From Patellaria atrata CBS 101060 (Eukaryota), in contig MU006117.1 of assembly GCA_010093705.1 (NCBI GenBank), forward strand, positions 1-64,000: a stretch of DNA of 64,000 nucleotides. The letters are read 5' to 3'. Below, in pieces: positions 41,148-53,412 of this stretch. The first letter of the stretch is position 1; every line of letters starts with the position of its first letter. The position numbers and the translations under genes were made by a program. The notes below the pieces were generated by a model that was not told where the DNA came from, made no database searches, and saw only the letters and a program-made list of their open reading frames with translations.

Positions 41148-43872
41148 TATTATAACTATTAATTATAGAAATATATAGATAATAAATAAAGAGAAGAAAG
41201 GAATATTATTTAAAAAAAATTATAGATAAAATAAATAATAAAGAATTATATAATTTAAATAATAATTATTAATTATATTAATTATAAAAAATAATTAATA
41301 ATTAAAATAATTAGATAATAATTATTAATTATACTAATCACGGAAAACGATTAATAATTAAAATAATTAGATAATAGTTATTAATTATATTAATTATAGA
41401 AAATAACTAATAATTAAAATAATTAAAATAACTAGAATATAGATAATTAAATTAATTATAAAGAATAAAAATATTTAAAAATAATCTTTCTTTTAAATAT
41501 TTAGATTTTTTATAATTATTTTTACTATTAATCTTATTTATAAATTTAAATATTATAGTTTTTAATTTAACTTTATTTATTATATTATTTTTATATAATA
41601 TATTTTATCTTATTATAAATATTATCTAAAGTTAAAAAGTTAATAAATTATATTTTTAATTTAAAATATTTTTATTATATAAATTCTATTATTTTATTAA
41701 ACTTATCTTTATAATTAATTATATTAAATAAGAAGTTAAATATATTTCTAAATTTATTTAATTTTATCTTAATAAGTATAAACTTCTATTATAATATTAT
41801 AATTACTATATAATAGGAAAGTGTATAATAGATCTAAATATAATATTATTAATTATAGTTAATATAAAGATAGATAAAGAATATATTTAAATATTATATA
41901 AATATATTAATAAACTTAAAAATAAAGAAATAATTTAAGAATTTAGAAATTAGCTTAAATAATTTACTATATAATTACTTTCGCTATAAAAGTGAATTAT
42001 AAAAGTTAAAGAATCTATATTATATAATAGTAAATAAAATAAGTTAAAAGAATTTTTAATCTAGATAAAGATTTATTATAAAAGAATAAAATTAATAGAT
42101 AATAATAAATATATATTTAATATATTAATATACTTTAAAGAAGATATTTTAAAATAGTTTAAATTTATTATATAAGATTATTTTAAGAATAATAAAGAAG
42201 ATTAAGAAGATAAAATAAATAAGATTTTTATATTATTTTTAAAGTTTAAAGAAATATTTAAAAATATCTTTAAAAAAGTCGATAAATAATAAATAATAAA
42301 AAGAAAACTTTAAAAATTTAGATAGAAAAGATTAACTTTAAAATATATTATTATATTTTAATAAATAATATTAATATTAGATTAACTTAATAAATTATTA
42401 ACAATTATCTTCTATTAAGATTTAAAAGAAAAAATAAAGAATAAATAAATTTATTATAAAAAACTAATAATTATATAAAATATAATAATTTTAATAGTTA
42501 AAATAGATAATAGATTATATAAATATAGATAAAAAAAGAGAGAATAGAAGAATATTATAATTAAATATAAAAAGAAGATAATAAAAGTTATAAATAAATA
42601 AAATTAAAAAGACTTAATAAATCTCGACCGACTATAATAAATAAAATAAAAAAGGTTAAAGAAATAGTAATAATTTATTTAAGAAGAAAAAGAACGTTTT
42701 ATAAATAAAGTATATTTATAATATAAAGAAATAAAATATTTTAAAAGAGACTATTTATAGAAAATATAATTATTCTCGCGATATAATTAATATATATAAT
42801 TTAGAGTTATATATTTAATATTATTATTATTAGTTTTATTATTAGAAAAGGAAAAAATTAAAGAAATATTATTACTTTATTAAATAAGAGTAAATAAGCT
42901 ATTAATATTATTTTTAATAATAGAAAACTAATTAAAGAAGAAAATACTTCGATAATATTTAAATTATTAATAATATTAAATATATAAAAATATATATATA
43001 TATATAATATTAAAATACTTAATATAAAATTAAAATTAAAGAATTAGAATATAAATATTTAATAAATTAAATCTTATATATTAAATTATAGAATAATAAT
43101 ATTAATTTAAATAAAAATTCTAAAATTAAAAGCTAATTAAATCTAAATTTAATATTAATATAATTATTAAAGAATAGTAACTAAACTTTATATTAAAAGT
43201 AAAAGACTATTTAGCCTTTTAATAGATATAATATAAAAAGAATAACTATTTATACTATAAATAGTAGAAAATTATAATAAAGTTTAAGAATTAAGATTTT
43301 ATATATATATATTTATCTAAAAGTGAATATTAGATAAAAGAATATAAAACTTATAAAGATAAAATAAAAATATTTAAAAAGAATTAAAAACTTAAGCTAT
43401 TAATAAATAATTATAAAAAATATAATAGTTTTAATTATATAGATAAATTTAGATATAAATAATATTATTAGATATTAATCTATATAAAATATATAATAAT
43501 AACGTGAAAAGATTATAAATATAGTATAGATTACTAATATTATAAAGAGTTAAAGAAAAAGTTCTATAAAATAAAAGTATTTCTATAGAAAATAAAAGTG
43601 CTTAAAAACGATAAAAAGACTATTAAATAAACTATTAAATATAACGCGATAGACTTTAAATAGTATATAATTAAAGAGATATAATACGATTACTATATTA
43701 TATAGAGATAAAAAGTAAAAATTAAAAGTAATTTAAGTTATAATATAATTATTAAATAAAAGTATTAAGAATCGAAGTATAAAGAATATTATAAAGGTCT
43801 ATATTATAATTAATATAATAAATTATATTAGACTATATATATAAAATTCGATTACTCGATATATAATTATAT
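41148..43872 (+). mobile_element. Family C copy C2: 5' LTR (41148-41796) plus gag, heavily RIPed, truncated just before the frameshift site
   Basis: RIPed reverse complement of C1 34720 to ~32035; the LTR ends 'cttctattataata' (= ctcccgttgtaaca); a 56-bp x3 repeat lies at 41261-~41428 inside the LTR. Confidence 0.88.
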
Positions 43873-46800
43873 AATAATAAATAAAATCACGACTTAACGA
43901 TTAAATAAAGTTTTAAGTATAACTACTTCTCTATAATAATTAATAGACTAGAATATTATAATAGTTTAAAAATTTATAGAAAATTATTTTAACTATAATA
44001 AGCTAGAGTATCGATTAGCTAATTACTAAATATAAAGAAAGATAGCCGAGATTAAATTAACTTAAATAGAGTAAAATAAGTTAAATTAAAAATTAAAACT
44101 AAAAAATAAGAAATTTTAAATAAAGATTTCGTTTTAAGATTATTAATAAAAGTATTAAAAGTATTAATAAATAATTTAATTATAAAGAAATCTTTTATTA
44201 TATTATATTAAGTATTAAGAAATAGAATTATAATATAATTTAAAACTTTAATTAATATAGAAGCTTAAAAATATACTCTTTTAAATAGAAAGTAATTATT
44301 TATATTAAAATAATAATTAAATATCGAGTTAAAAAAGATATTATATATTAATATAAAAAGTTTTAATAGTTTAATAGTAGAACTAATTAATAAGATAATT
44401 AAAGCTAATCTTATACTTATTAATAGATAATAAAAAACCTCTATTTTAATAACTAATATAGGCTATATTAATATATTAATCGGAAAAGAGTAATTTTTAA
44501 AGATAAGCGGTTTATTAAATTATAAATATAATATAATTTTCTAGCTATTATAGACTATAACGATTAAGGACTCGTAACGAGATATTATAATATTAAAGAG
44601 AGAATTATAGACTATAATAAATTTAATCTATTAAATTAATATAAAATAAAGAGATAAAATATTTAATAAATAAAAGATATAGTATTTAAAGATTAGAGCT
44701 AAATAAAAGAAAAAGTCTATATTATTTAAATAGAAATAATCGAGATTATAGAGATAAGAACTAAATTCGAGTATATAAAAAATAAAGATAAAGTTATTAA
44801 ATATAGTAGAAAAAAAGACTTTAAAGCTTTTAAAGAAGTTAAAAGTAAACTAATATATTAATATATTTAAAATAAAGTTAAATATTTATATAATTAATAT
44901 TAAAAGTTACCTATAAAATATTTAAAGACTAGATATAATTATTAAAATTATAAGTTTATATAAGATTAATTCTCTAATCTAAGATAAATTTAAAGAAGAC
45001 GAAAATCTATTACTAAATAATAAGAAAAGATTTAAAATAATAGTATTAAAAAAGTTATTTATAAAGTATTATTATCTCTTTTATATATTTTTAAAATATA
45101 TATTAGATTAACTATCTCTCTATTAAAAGAAAGTTAAATATAATATTATATTAAAGTAAGATAATAATTTAATAATAAGCTTATTATATAATATATTAAT
45201 CGAGTATCTTTAGTTAATAAAAGACTATCTAAAAAAGTATCTTTAAAAAGAGTTTATTAAGCTAAATAAGATATTATATATATCTTTAATATTATTCGCT
45301 AAAAAGCTAAGTAATAGTTAAAGATTTTATATAAACTACTAAAAGTTTAATAATATTATTAAGAAAGATAAGTACCTATTATCACTTATAAAAAAGATAT
45401 TAACCCGGCTATAATATATAAAGATATTCACGAAATTTAATATATAATAAGTATTTTACTAGATATAAATAATAGAGTTAGTTAAAGATTTTATTATATT
45501 CTAAACTTAGTATAGCTTTTTTAAATATAAAATATTACTATTTAATTTATATAATAGCCCCGTCTCTTTTTAATAGTTTATTAATAAAACTCTTTTTAAA
45601 TATTTAAATAACTTTTATATAATTTATATAGATAATATTCTAGTCTATTCTATATACTTAATAAAGTATAAAGCGTATATTATTATAGTATTAGAAGCGT
45701 TAGCTAAAGTTAATTTATAAGCTAATATTAAGAAAAATAAGTTTTATATAACTAAAATAAGATTTTTAAATTTATTATTAATATAAATAACTTAATTATA
45801 AATTTAAAGAAAATAGAAGTAATTTAGAATTAATAATTATTAATAAATATTAAAGATATATAATCTTTTATTAAATTCTATAATTTCTACTAAAAGTTCC
45901 TCGATAAGTTTAAACGAGTAATATAGCTATTAATAAGCTATATTAAGAAAAAAGTACTCTAATAATCGCTTAGGCTAAAAGAATATAAAGTCTTTAAAAA
46001 AGTAAAATAACTAATACTATTAAATGAAATAATAGCGTATTATAATTCCGTATTAGAAATTAGAGTTAAATTAGATTATAATAATAGAGTAATAATTATA
46101 ACTATTTTATAAAAATACGGCGATAAGTAAAAGCTTATCGTCTTTTAAATTAAAATACTTTTAAAGTCTAAATTAAAATACGAGATTTATAATAAAGAGA
46201 TATTTATTATTATAAAAATATTAGCTAAATAAAAGAGTATATTAATAAAATTATAATAAGTGCTTTTTACTATTATTATTAACTATTAAGCCTTAAAATA
46301 CTTTATAATAAAATAGTTACTTAATATATAATAAGCTTATTAAAGTAAGGCTTTAATTAACTTTTATTTTTAGATTAAATATTAATCTAAAATAAAGAAT
46401 ATAGTTACTAATATTTTATCTCGAAAGTAAAAGAATCTTAAGATAGCTAAAAAAAAAAGATATTATTATATAAATTTAGATACTATTTTATCTATAAATA
46501 ATAATAGCTATAAGCTATCTTTTTATAAAATTTAATTAAACTTATACTCGTGTTTTTATTATATTTAAAAGTATTTTAGTTAAGCTTTTAATACCTTCTA
46601 CTATAATAATAAAACTAATAAGATATATATTTAAGAAAGAGAAAGGCACGATTAAATTAACTATATTAAATTAAAGTTAAATAGATATTATATTTAATTT
46701 ACTTTAGTTTAGCCTAAGATATTATAGAACTAGAAAAGAGGAAAAAAAAAGACTTAAAACTATTATAAATTAGCTAGAATCTAATATAGAGAAGGGTAAT

Positions 46801-48718
46801 TCTAAATTATATAAATAACTAATTTTAAGGTTTTAAGAAGTATTAATAAAGCGACTATTATTAATTAAATTTATCGATAAAATTATCTAAAAGAATAAAA
46901 TATATAAGTTATTAACCCTTTTTTAAAAGTAAATTAAGATAAAAGAAAAGTATTAAAATATTTATAAAGATTTATTATTATAATTTAATTAGCTAATAAT
47001 ATTAGATATTAATAACCTCTATATATATTTATTTTAAAATATCTATAATACTCTAATAATTAAGTATCTAAGAGTATAGAAAATAAAAAATTTAGTTAAA
47101 AATTAATATTATTAACCGGGTTTAATAATTAATATAAAGAGATATATACGAAACTATTATATATATCGTTAAATATATATATTAAGAAATAAAGTTTTAA
47201 GCTTATTAAAATCTTTACTAATTAAAGATAAATACTAATAGTATATAATATTTAACTTTAAGTTATTTTTAAAGAATAAATATAGATTTAAGATAATCTT
47301 TATTATCGTTAATAAATTTAGGAAATAAACTATCTCTATACTTTATAAATAAGATATATCCGCTAAATTAATAATTAAGCTATATTATAAATATATATAA
47401 AGAGTATATAATATACTCGAAACGGTAATATTTAATTAAAGATCTTAATTTATCTTAATATTTATAAATAAATTATATAAACTAATAAAAATTAAATAAA
47501 AGCTATTTATAGTATATTATTTCTAGATAAATAGTAATATAAAGATTATAAACTAATATATCGATTTAAGATTATATCTCTTTATAAACTATTATTAAGA
47601 CGATTAATTGGAATTAATATTAGCTATAGACTTTATCTAAATAATATTAACTTATAAATTAACGAGTATTTTATTATATAAATTAGAACTCGGATATAAA
47701 CTATAAATATATTTTAATTAATATAAGCGTATTAATTTAAATAGCTATAAGACTATTAAAGATTATATAAATTAAAAAGAGATATAATAGTTTATAAAAT
47801 AAACTTATAATATTATTAAGTGGATTAAAGAAAATTTAGCTTAAGTATAAATAATATAAATTAAAGTAGCTAATAAGTATTATTAAAAGCTAAACTTTAA
47901 ACTAAATAATTATATCTTTATTACTTAAAAGAATTAGACTTTAGATAAATTAAACGTTAAATTAAACTATTAAAACGCCGGATTATATAAAATTACCGGT
48001 ATAAAAAGATACTTTTATATAATAGATTTACTATCTAATATAAAGATATTAAATATATTCTATATAGATAAATTAAGAAAAATTATTATAAATTTATTTT
48101 TAAATTAATAGTTAAAATCACCTTTATTAATTAAGATTAACGGGAAACTAAAGTATAAAGTCGATAAAATATTAGCTAGCTATATTATATAGAATTAACT
48201 ATAATATAAAATAAGCTAGATAGGTTATAATTTTAATAATATATAATATTTAACCTTAAATTTTATTAAAGCTTTATATAAAATAGAGAAATTTTATAAT
48301 AAAAGATTATTAGATACTAAACCTTTAATTCAATTAAATATATAGTTTAAAATCTATTAAATTAATAATTATAAACTAAAACTATATCTAAATAATAATA
48401 AAATCGAGAAAAAAGATTTAACTTAAATTTAAAAATATTAAAAGTAAGTATAAATAAGATAAATATTATTATAAAAATCTATAATTAATTAACGATTTCT
48501 ATTTTTAAAGAAAAGAATAATATAATAATATTATAAATTATTATTTCCTATTTTTTCTTATTAATAGTAATCGCGTTAAAGTTTTACTATTATATATTTA
48601 ATATTAATAAATTATATAATTATAATTTCTTCTTTTCTTAATTTAATCTCTTTATATTATAGTTAAGTTATATTAATTATAATCTAATTTAATTTTTTAT
48701 AATCGCTACGCCGTTATA
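43870..48718 (+). mobile_element. Family B copy B3, 5'-truncated (end of gag, pol, 3' LTR 48521-48718)
   Basis: Collinear with B2 12920-12981 plus 19727-24514; the 3' LTR ends 'ccgttata' and abuts the pogo transposase. Confidence 0.92.
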
Positions 48719-49886
48719 ATATTAATATTTATAACTTTATATTAAATTTTAAAATAATAGTTTAAAAGTTATAAAAAATTAAATTAGTATTAAAGAAATT
48801 TATTTAAATATTTCTAATTATTATAATATTAATATAAGCGTCTTTAAACGCGATAAAGAACTCGATTTTAATAATATAATTAATATAGATTTTAATAAAG
48901 ACTTTAAATTTTTAGCTATATATCCACTTTAACACGCTAAAATATCTAATATTTAAAGGTTAGATAAAGTGTAAAGAATATATAAATAGATAAATAGTGA
49001 TAATATTCTTTTCTTTATAGAATTCCTTAAACTAAGCTAATAGATAGCTTATATAATCGTTAAGAACAATTATTCGATAGACACCTTTTCGCCGGATATC
49101 TATATACTAGTGGAAATGCTAAATCCAGTCCATAGCCGTCTCTTTATCCGTCTAGCCGTTTAGCGAGGTCTTGATAACCTAGGAAAGCGGGAGACCGCAT
49201 TCGGTGTACCAGGATGCGAGGTGGTTGACGCCTTACATAATCAAGAAAGGAGGTAGCACAAAACCGTCGCTGCTTACACACTCGATTGCCGTGGCCCATT
49301 CGCGATTGCCAGGCTGAAGTTGTTTGCCTCTACCACGCCTGTCGGCACGCGTGACAACCATGCCGCCGCAGATGACGCCTATCATGAAGCCTGTTTCGTC
49401 GAAGTTATAAAGATCGGCATCTTGGATCGCGTATTTCGCGCGCATGTTAGCTACCAGACGGAACCACGCGTTTATCGCGTCCGGATCTTCGCAAAGGGCT
49501 CTCTGGAAGTCGTAGGCACGAGAAAAACGCGTTTTCAGCTCTAGTCGTCGCTTAACGAAGTTCTCCGCCCAATGCTTCCCGACGCGTCCCGCGACGCGCT
49601 CCGCGAGGAGCAGATTGGCCATCTCTTCCACATCAGCCAGCCGGGACGGAAACCCTCGCGCATCTAGGTCCAGAATATATTGGACGACCACCTCTTCTTC
49701 GGTTTCTGTCAACTTTTGAGAATTAGGGCGACAGTCGCGCTTGGGAGTTCGGCCGTTTATTCTCGCGCGGAGGGTAGTTTCGGAGACGTTATAGATCGCT
49801 GCGGCTTTCCGACGGCTGAGTTCTTTGTTGCGTTGGAGAGCTTGGATGGTAAGGACAATTTGACTTTCGTTTAACTACGTAGGCAT
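48719..49886 (-). pseudogene. Fot1/pogo transposase (HTH-psq, CENP-B-type HTH, DDE_1), RIP-damaged and truncated
   Basis: ATG at 49886; RKAAAIYNVSETTLRAR; YILDLDARGF; YNFDETGF; QPGNREWATAIEC; RIPed 'HLIQPLDV' at ~48950; ends at the 'KLDVKLRTP' equivalent at 48719. Confidence 0.92.
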
Positions 49887-49942
49887 TGTTGGTTATGGAG
49901 AAATGCGTTATTATAGAAGAAAAAGTTATAATGCGTGGAAAA

Positions 49943-50095
49943 GTGCGCCGCTCGCTTGTGTGCGCCGCTCGCTTGTGTGCGCCGCTCGCTTGTGTGCGCC
50001 GCTCGCTTGTGTGCGCCGCTCGCTTGTGTGCGCCGCTCGCTTGTATGCGCCGCTCGCTTGTGTGCGCCGCTCGCTTGTGTGCGCCGCTCGCTTAT
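49943..50095. repeat. Tandem repeat 9 x 17 bp (gtgcgccgctcgcttgt), subterminal in the pogo element
   Basis: Nine consecutive units; only two G>A variants (units 7 and 9). Confidence 0.97.
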
Positions 50096-50375
50096 AGACT
50101 ACGTTATTATAAATTTTAAAATTAATCTTTTTTATAAATTTAAAATATAAATTTTATTTAATCTTTTTATTAAATTTTATTATTTTATTATTATTAAAAT
50201 ATTTTATATTATAATAAAAATAATAATTATTAAAAAATTCTATAATATTTAATAATATATAATATTTAATTATATTTTATATTATTATTTTTATTTTTAA
50301 TATTTTTATATTTTTATATTTTTTATTTTATTTTTTTTATTATAATATAGTTAATTAAATTCTATTTAATCTATA

Positions 50376-50903
50376 TATTATAGCTATAAATTATAAGGAT
50401 ATATAGTTAATAAATAAGGGGAAGAAGGAAGAACCACTCGGAGAAATTACGAGGGTCACGGGTAATCGAGATCACGTGATTTGGACGTTTGGGCGCTCTG
50501 GTTGTACGGTCGCAGGCAAAATGACCAGACGACCAAGACGACCAAACGACCAGCATGAAATGGACTATGAGGAAAGGAATACTTAAGGACGCTCCCTTAC
50601 GCATGTATTTAGATTTTTCGTAGTTATTCTTACCATCAATCTTAACCATAGATTTGGATGTTACGGTTTTGAACTTGACTTCACTTGTTACACTGTTCTC
50701 ATACAGTACGTCTTATCTCATTGAGAGCATTGCCGGAAGTCAAGGAGTCAGCAAGTTGTGTCGACAACTTGAAGTGCCTTTGTTATACGAATCCTATCAC
50801 TTGCCAAACCTACCCTAGTGGTTGACCACGTTAAGTGAGAAGCCAGGCGCGTTTCTAGACTTATCCTGTTCTGTCTCGATAAGTATAGACTCCCGTTGTA
50901 ACA
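50376..50903 (+). mobile_element. Solo LTR of family C (528 bp, variant U3)
   Basis: 50570-50903 is a close reverse complement of 34111-34440; ends ...gttgtaaca; starts with the RIPed tgttacggccacaag equivalent. Confidence 0.92.
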
Positions 50904-51017
50904 GTCTATTTCCAGAAACAAAAAGCCCGGGGGAGGGACTCCCGGTATATCAAGCGACGAATCCATGGAAAAAGCTTTCGAAAAGGTGAAAAAAGCACGA
51001 TCACATGGTTGTCCTGA

Positions 51018-51698
51018 TCAACAACGGTCGGTCCCCCTATCCTCCCCCTTACCTCTTAAAATCACACCCCTAACTTCTTTACCAGGAGCCGACATGTCGC
51101 GCCATGTCCCATCCGGTATCCTCACCCTCTGCGAAGCCTAGAACAAAACTTACGATACCAACATCACCGGCACGCACATCCTCACAATGACCTTCATCCC
51201 TTTACTTCTCGCATCCTCCTCGGCAAGTCCCATTTTCATTACCTCCGGCATCTCTTCCCCAACCGAGATGCGCGACGGGAGCTTTCCCCTCCGGAAAGGG
51301 ATCGCCATGTATCCGGTCGCCGGATGGCCGAAGACGAGACAGCCGCCCACGTTGATGTACCGCACCAACAAAGCCGAAATGAATATGATGGCGCTGGATT
51401 GGACGAGAATACTGAAAGAGGGTGGTGCTAAGTTGTTTGTGGTGAGTCCCGTGTGTTTGGCTACGAGTCTAGGTGGGAGTCTGGAGATGTGAAGAATATG
51501 GGGGTCGGAGATCTTAAGTCTGGAGGGGTATTCGTGAAATATGTTGTGGAGGGGACTAGGGATGGTGAGGAAGGGAGGGTTATTAGGAGCGATGGCGTAC
51601 AACCGCTTTAGTCGTTTCTCCTACGTTGAGTTTCTAGCATGCTGTACACTCCTCTTCGAACTGTTTCCGAGTCCAGTGTACAGGAAAGAGAAGGACAT
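51018..51698 (-). pseudogene. Putative ~226-aa hypothetical gene broken by three in-frame stops
   Basis: One frame from ATG 51698 to TGA 51018 with TAG 51621, TAA 51150 and TAG 51138, each explicable by a single transition. It shows the C-rich 5' / G-rich 3' codon pattern I associate with fungal genes. Confidence 0.4.
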
Positions 51699-51887
51699 AG
51701 TGAGTAGGAATAGACATACGGTCCAATCTACCATACAAATTATTGAAGTCTCGTAACCCTTCAGACCCAACAGCTTACTAGTACAGGATGTGCCAGAAAG
51801 GGTACAAGACCGACGAATGCCAATCACGACTGCGGAGTCTTTGTAGAGAAGTGGATGTCTGGCTTTTCGGTCCTAGCAACTCCTTCA

Positions 51888-53412
51888 TTATAATTCTCGT
51901 AATTTGTCTTTCGATTTTCCTTCATGCAAATAGCGCATCCACAGCCCCCAAGTAACGAACGTCAGTAAGGTAAGTGGAACGGTAATAGCCCAGTAGATCC
52001 AGAATCTTGCGCTAATGACCCCTGATGCTTCATTTGCGTCCCACTTGAAGATGTCCATAGAAAGTAAGGTCTACATAGCTCATTAGCTGTTATCCATAGA
52101 TAGGTCTCCGTCTTGCTCCCATTGCTGTTGGATTATTCGGTCTCTGTACGCTTATAGAATAAGTAGTAGCGGAGTAGCAACCGGCAATCTCAATTGACCT
52201 CCCTTATCTGTACGGTAGAGCATCACGTACTGTTGGGTGCCTTCCTACGCTTCGACTCCCTGTACAGAGGACCGTAAGATCTCCTTGGGAGCGGGCGCAG
52301 TACAGTATGCGCGGAGGACTTCAAAGGGGTAGAGATAAACTTACAGCAACAAATGTTCCAGGGAGGAAAGCCATGGTGACCGCAGCAATTGCTTTCATTG
52401 ATGTACTGTCTCTTTTCGAAGCACTCGCTATTTTAATGTTTGTGTTCTGGTCCTCCTGCGCAATGAGATTGAACAGAACTTGTAGTTGGATTGCTGCTTT
52501 CTTTTGCCATAGAGCAGCGTCTTCTCGACCATACCTTGCCACGCGCAATAGGTGTTCGGCATGTGCAGTCATCCAATGCAATTGCCTAGAACTACAAACA
52601 ACAGGATGAAATCGGTCTTCTTGAAATTTAGTATTTTCTTCAATGATGAACCTCGCGTGACCTTCCAGACCCTGCCACCAGACATAGCAGACTGATATCT
52701 TGGATGCTATGCTACTTACCTTCGCAGAGAGAAAACTGTAGTTCAACTCATCCTTTTCCTCATTATCAATCCATAAACGGCGGTACATTGGAATCTGCTC
52801 GTTAAGCAGCTTCTTTGTTTGTTGAAGGTACCATTCATTGACCACAGTTCTTACGGCATTATGCGCCAACATGTGTAAGAGAAGAGGCTGTGTAATGTCT
52901 TCGATATGGGTTTGTAGCTGTTTGAACACTTTGAGGGCAATAGTGAGGTCACGTGCCTGGTCAAGTAAAATTCCTATCGTGCTTCCGGATTGTGGAAAAT
53001 ATCTCCAGTACAATGAGAAATACCTGAAAGACACCTCGTAGGCAACAGGAGCTTCAAATTGGAATTGCTGATAAGGTAAATGAGATCGCTCCTCCGGAAG
53101 TTTATTAAACCAGAACGATGAACGTGCTTCTAAGGTGTACCGACGTATTTTGAGAGCCGCCAGGATTGATATTAAGGCCCCCCTAGCCTCTGTAGAAAGA
53201 ACTCGAGATGTTCTGATATCGTTGGTTTCTTCTTGAAGGTTGAACTCTGACGAGCGTATAAATATCAAGTTTATTTCAGGGGCGCTCCCTTCCTTCAGTG
53301 CGTCCGAGAATGAATTTGTTAACCAAATATCTAAGTTCGATAAGGAAATAGGTGTGCGAGAGAAATTAGATAAATCGGTATTTTGAGTCTTTTTGACTTG
53401 GACCTTCTCCAT
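51888..53412 (-). CDS. Fungal CorA-like (Mg2+ transporter-type C-terminal two-TM) membrane protein; exons ~53412-52345 and 52070-51888
   Basis: LFNLIAQEDQNTNIKIASASKRDSTSMKAIAAVTMAFLPGTFVA, then intron (GTAAGT...GCTAAT...TAG), then TLLSMDIFKW...RFWIYWAITVPLTLLTFVTWGLW; TAA at 51888. Start codon uncertain. Confidence 0.82.

Larger units (their letters stand above)
48719..50104 (-). mobile_element. Fot1/pogo-like (Tc1/mariner superfamily) DNA transposon, 3'-truncated; terminus ACGTAGTC... flanked by TA
   Basis: The minus strand reads TA|ACGTAGTCTATAAGCGAGCGGCGCAC... from 50106, followed by the transposase. Confidence 0.9.

Noticed and set aside
49943..50095. CRISPR-like or telomeric array
   Set aside because: No spacers, no cas genes, eukaryotic context and not TTAGGG-like; it is the pogo subterminal repeat.
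49886..50150. Three overlapping ORFs with Cys/Arg-rich repeats (CAARLCAPLACVRRSLV)
   Set aside because: These are translations of the 17-bp tandem repeat, not genes.
6084..50375. Centromere, or effector genes hidden in the AT-rich block
   Set aside because: An AT-rich RIPed TE block is compatible with a centromere but not diagnostic without CenH3 or Hi-C data. Almost all of it is explained by TEs, and no small secreted-protein ORF island was seen.
50369..50908. TSD for the solo LTR (atcta/gtcta)
   Set aside because: Requires an extra TA between the TSD and the LTR start; plausible but not demonstrable.
51138..51153. GTAAGT...TAG mini-intron that would remove two stops
   Set aside because: Only 16 nt with no branch site, too short for a spliceosomal intron here.
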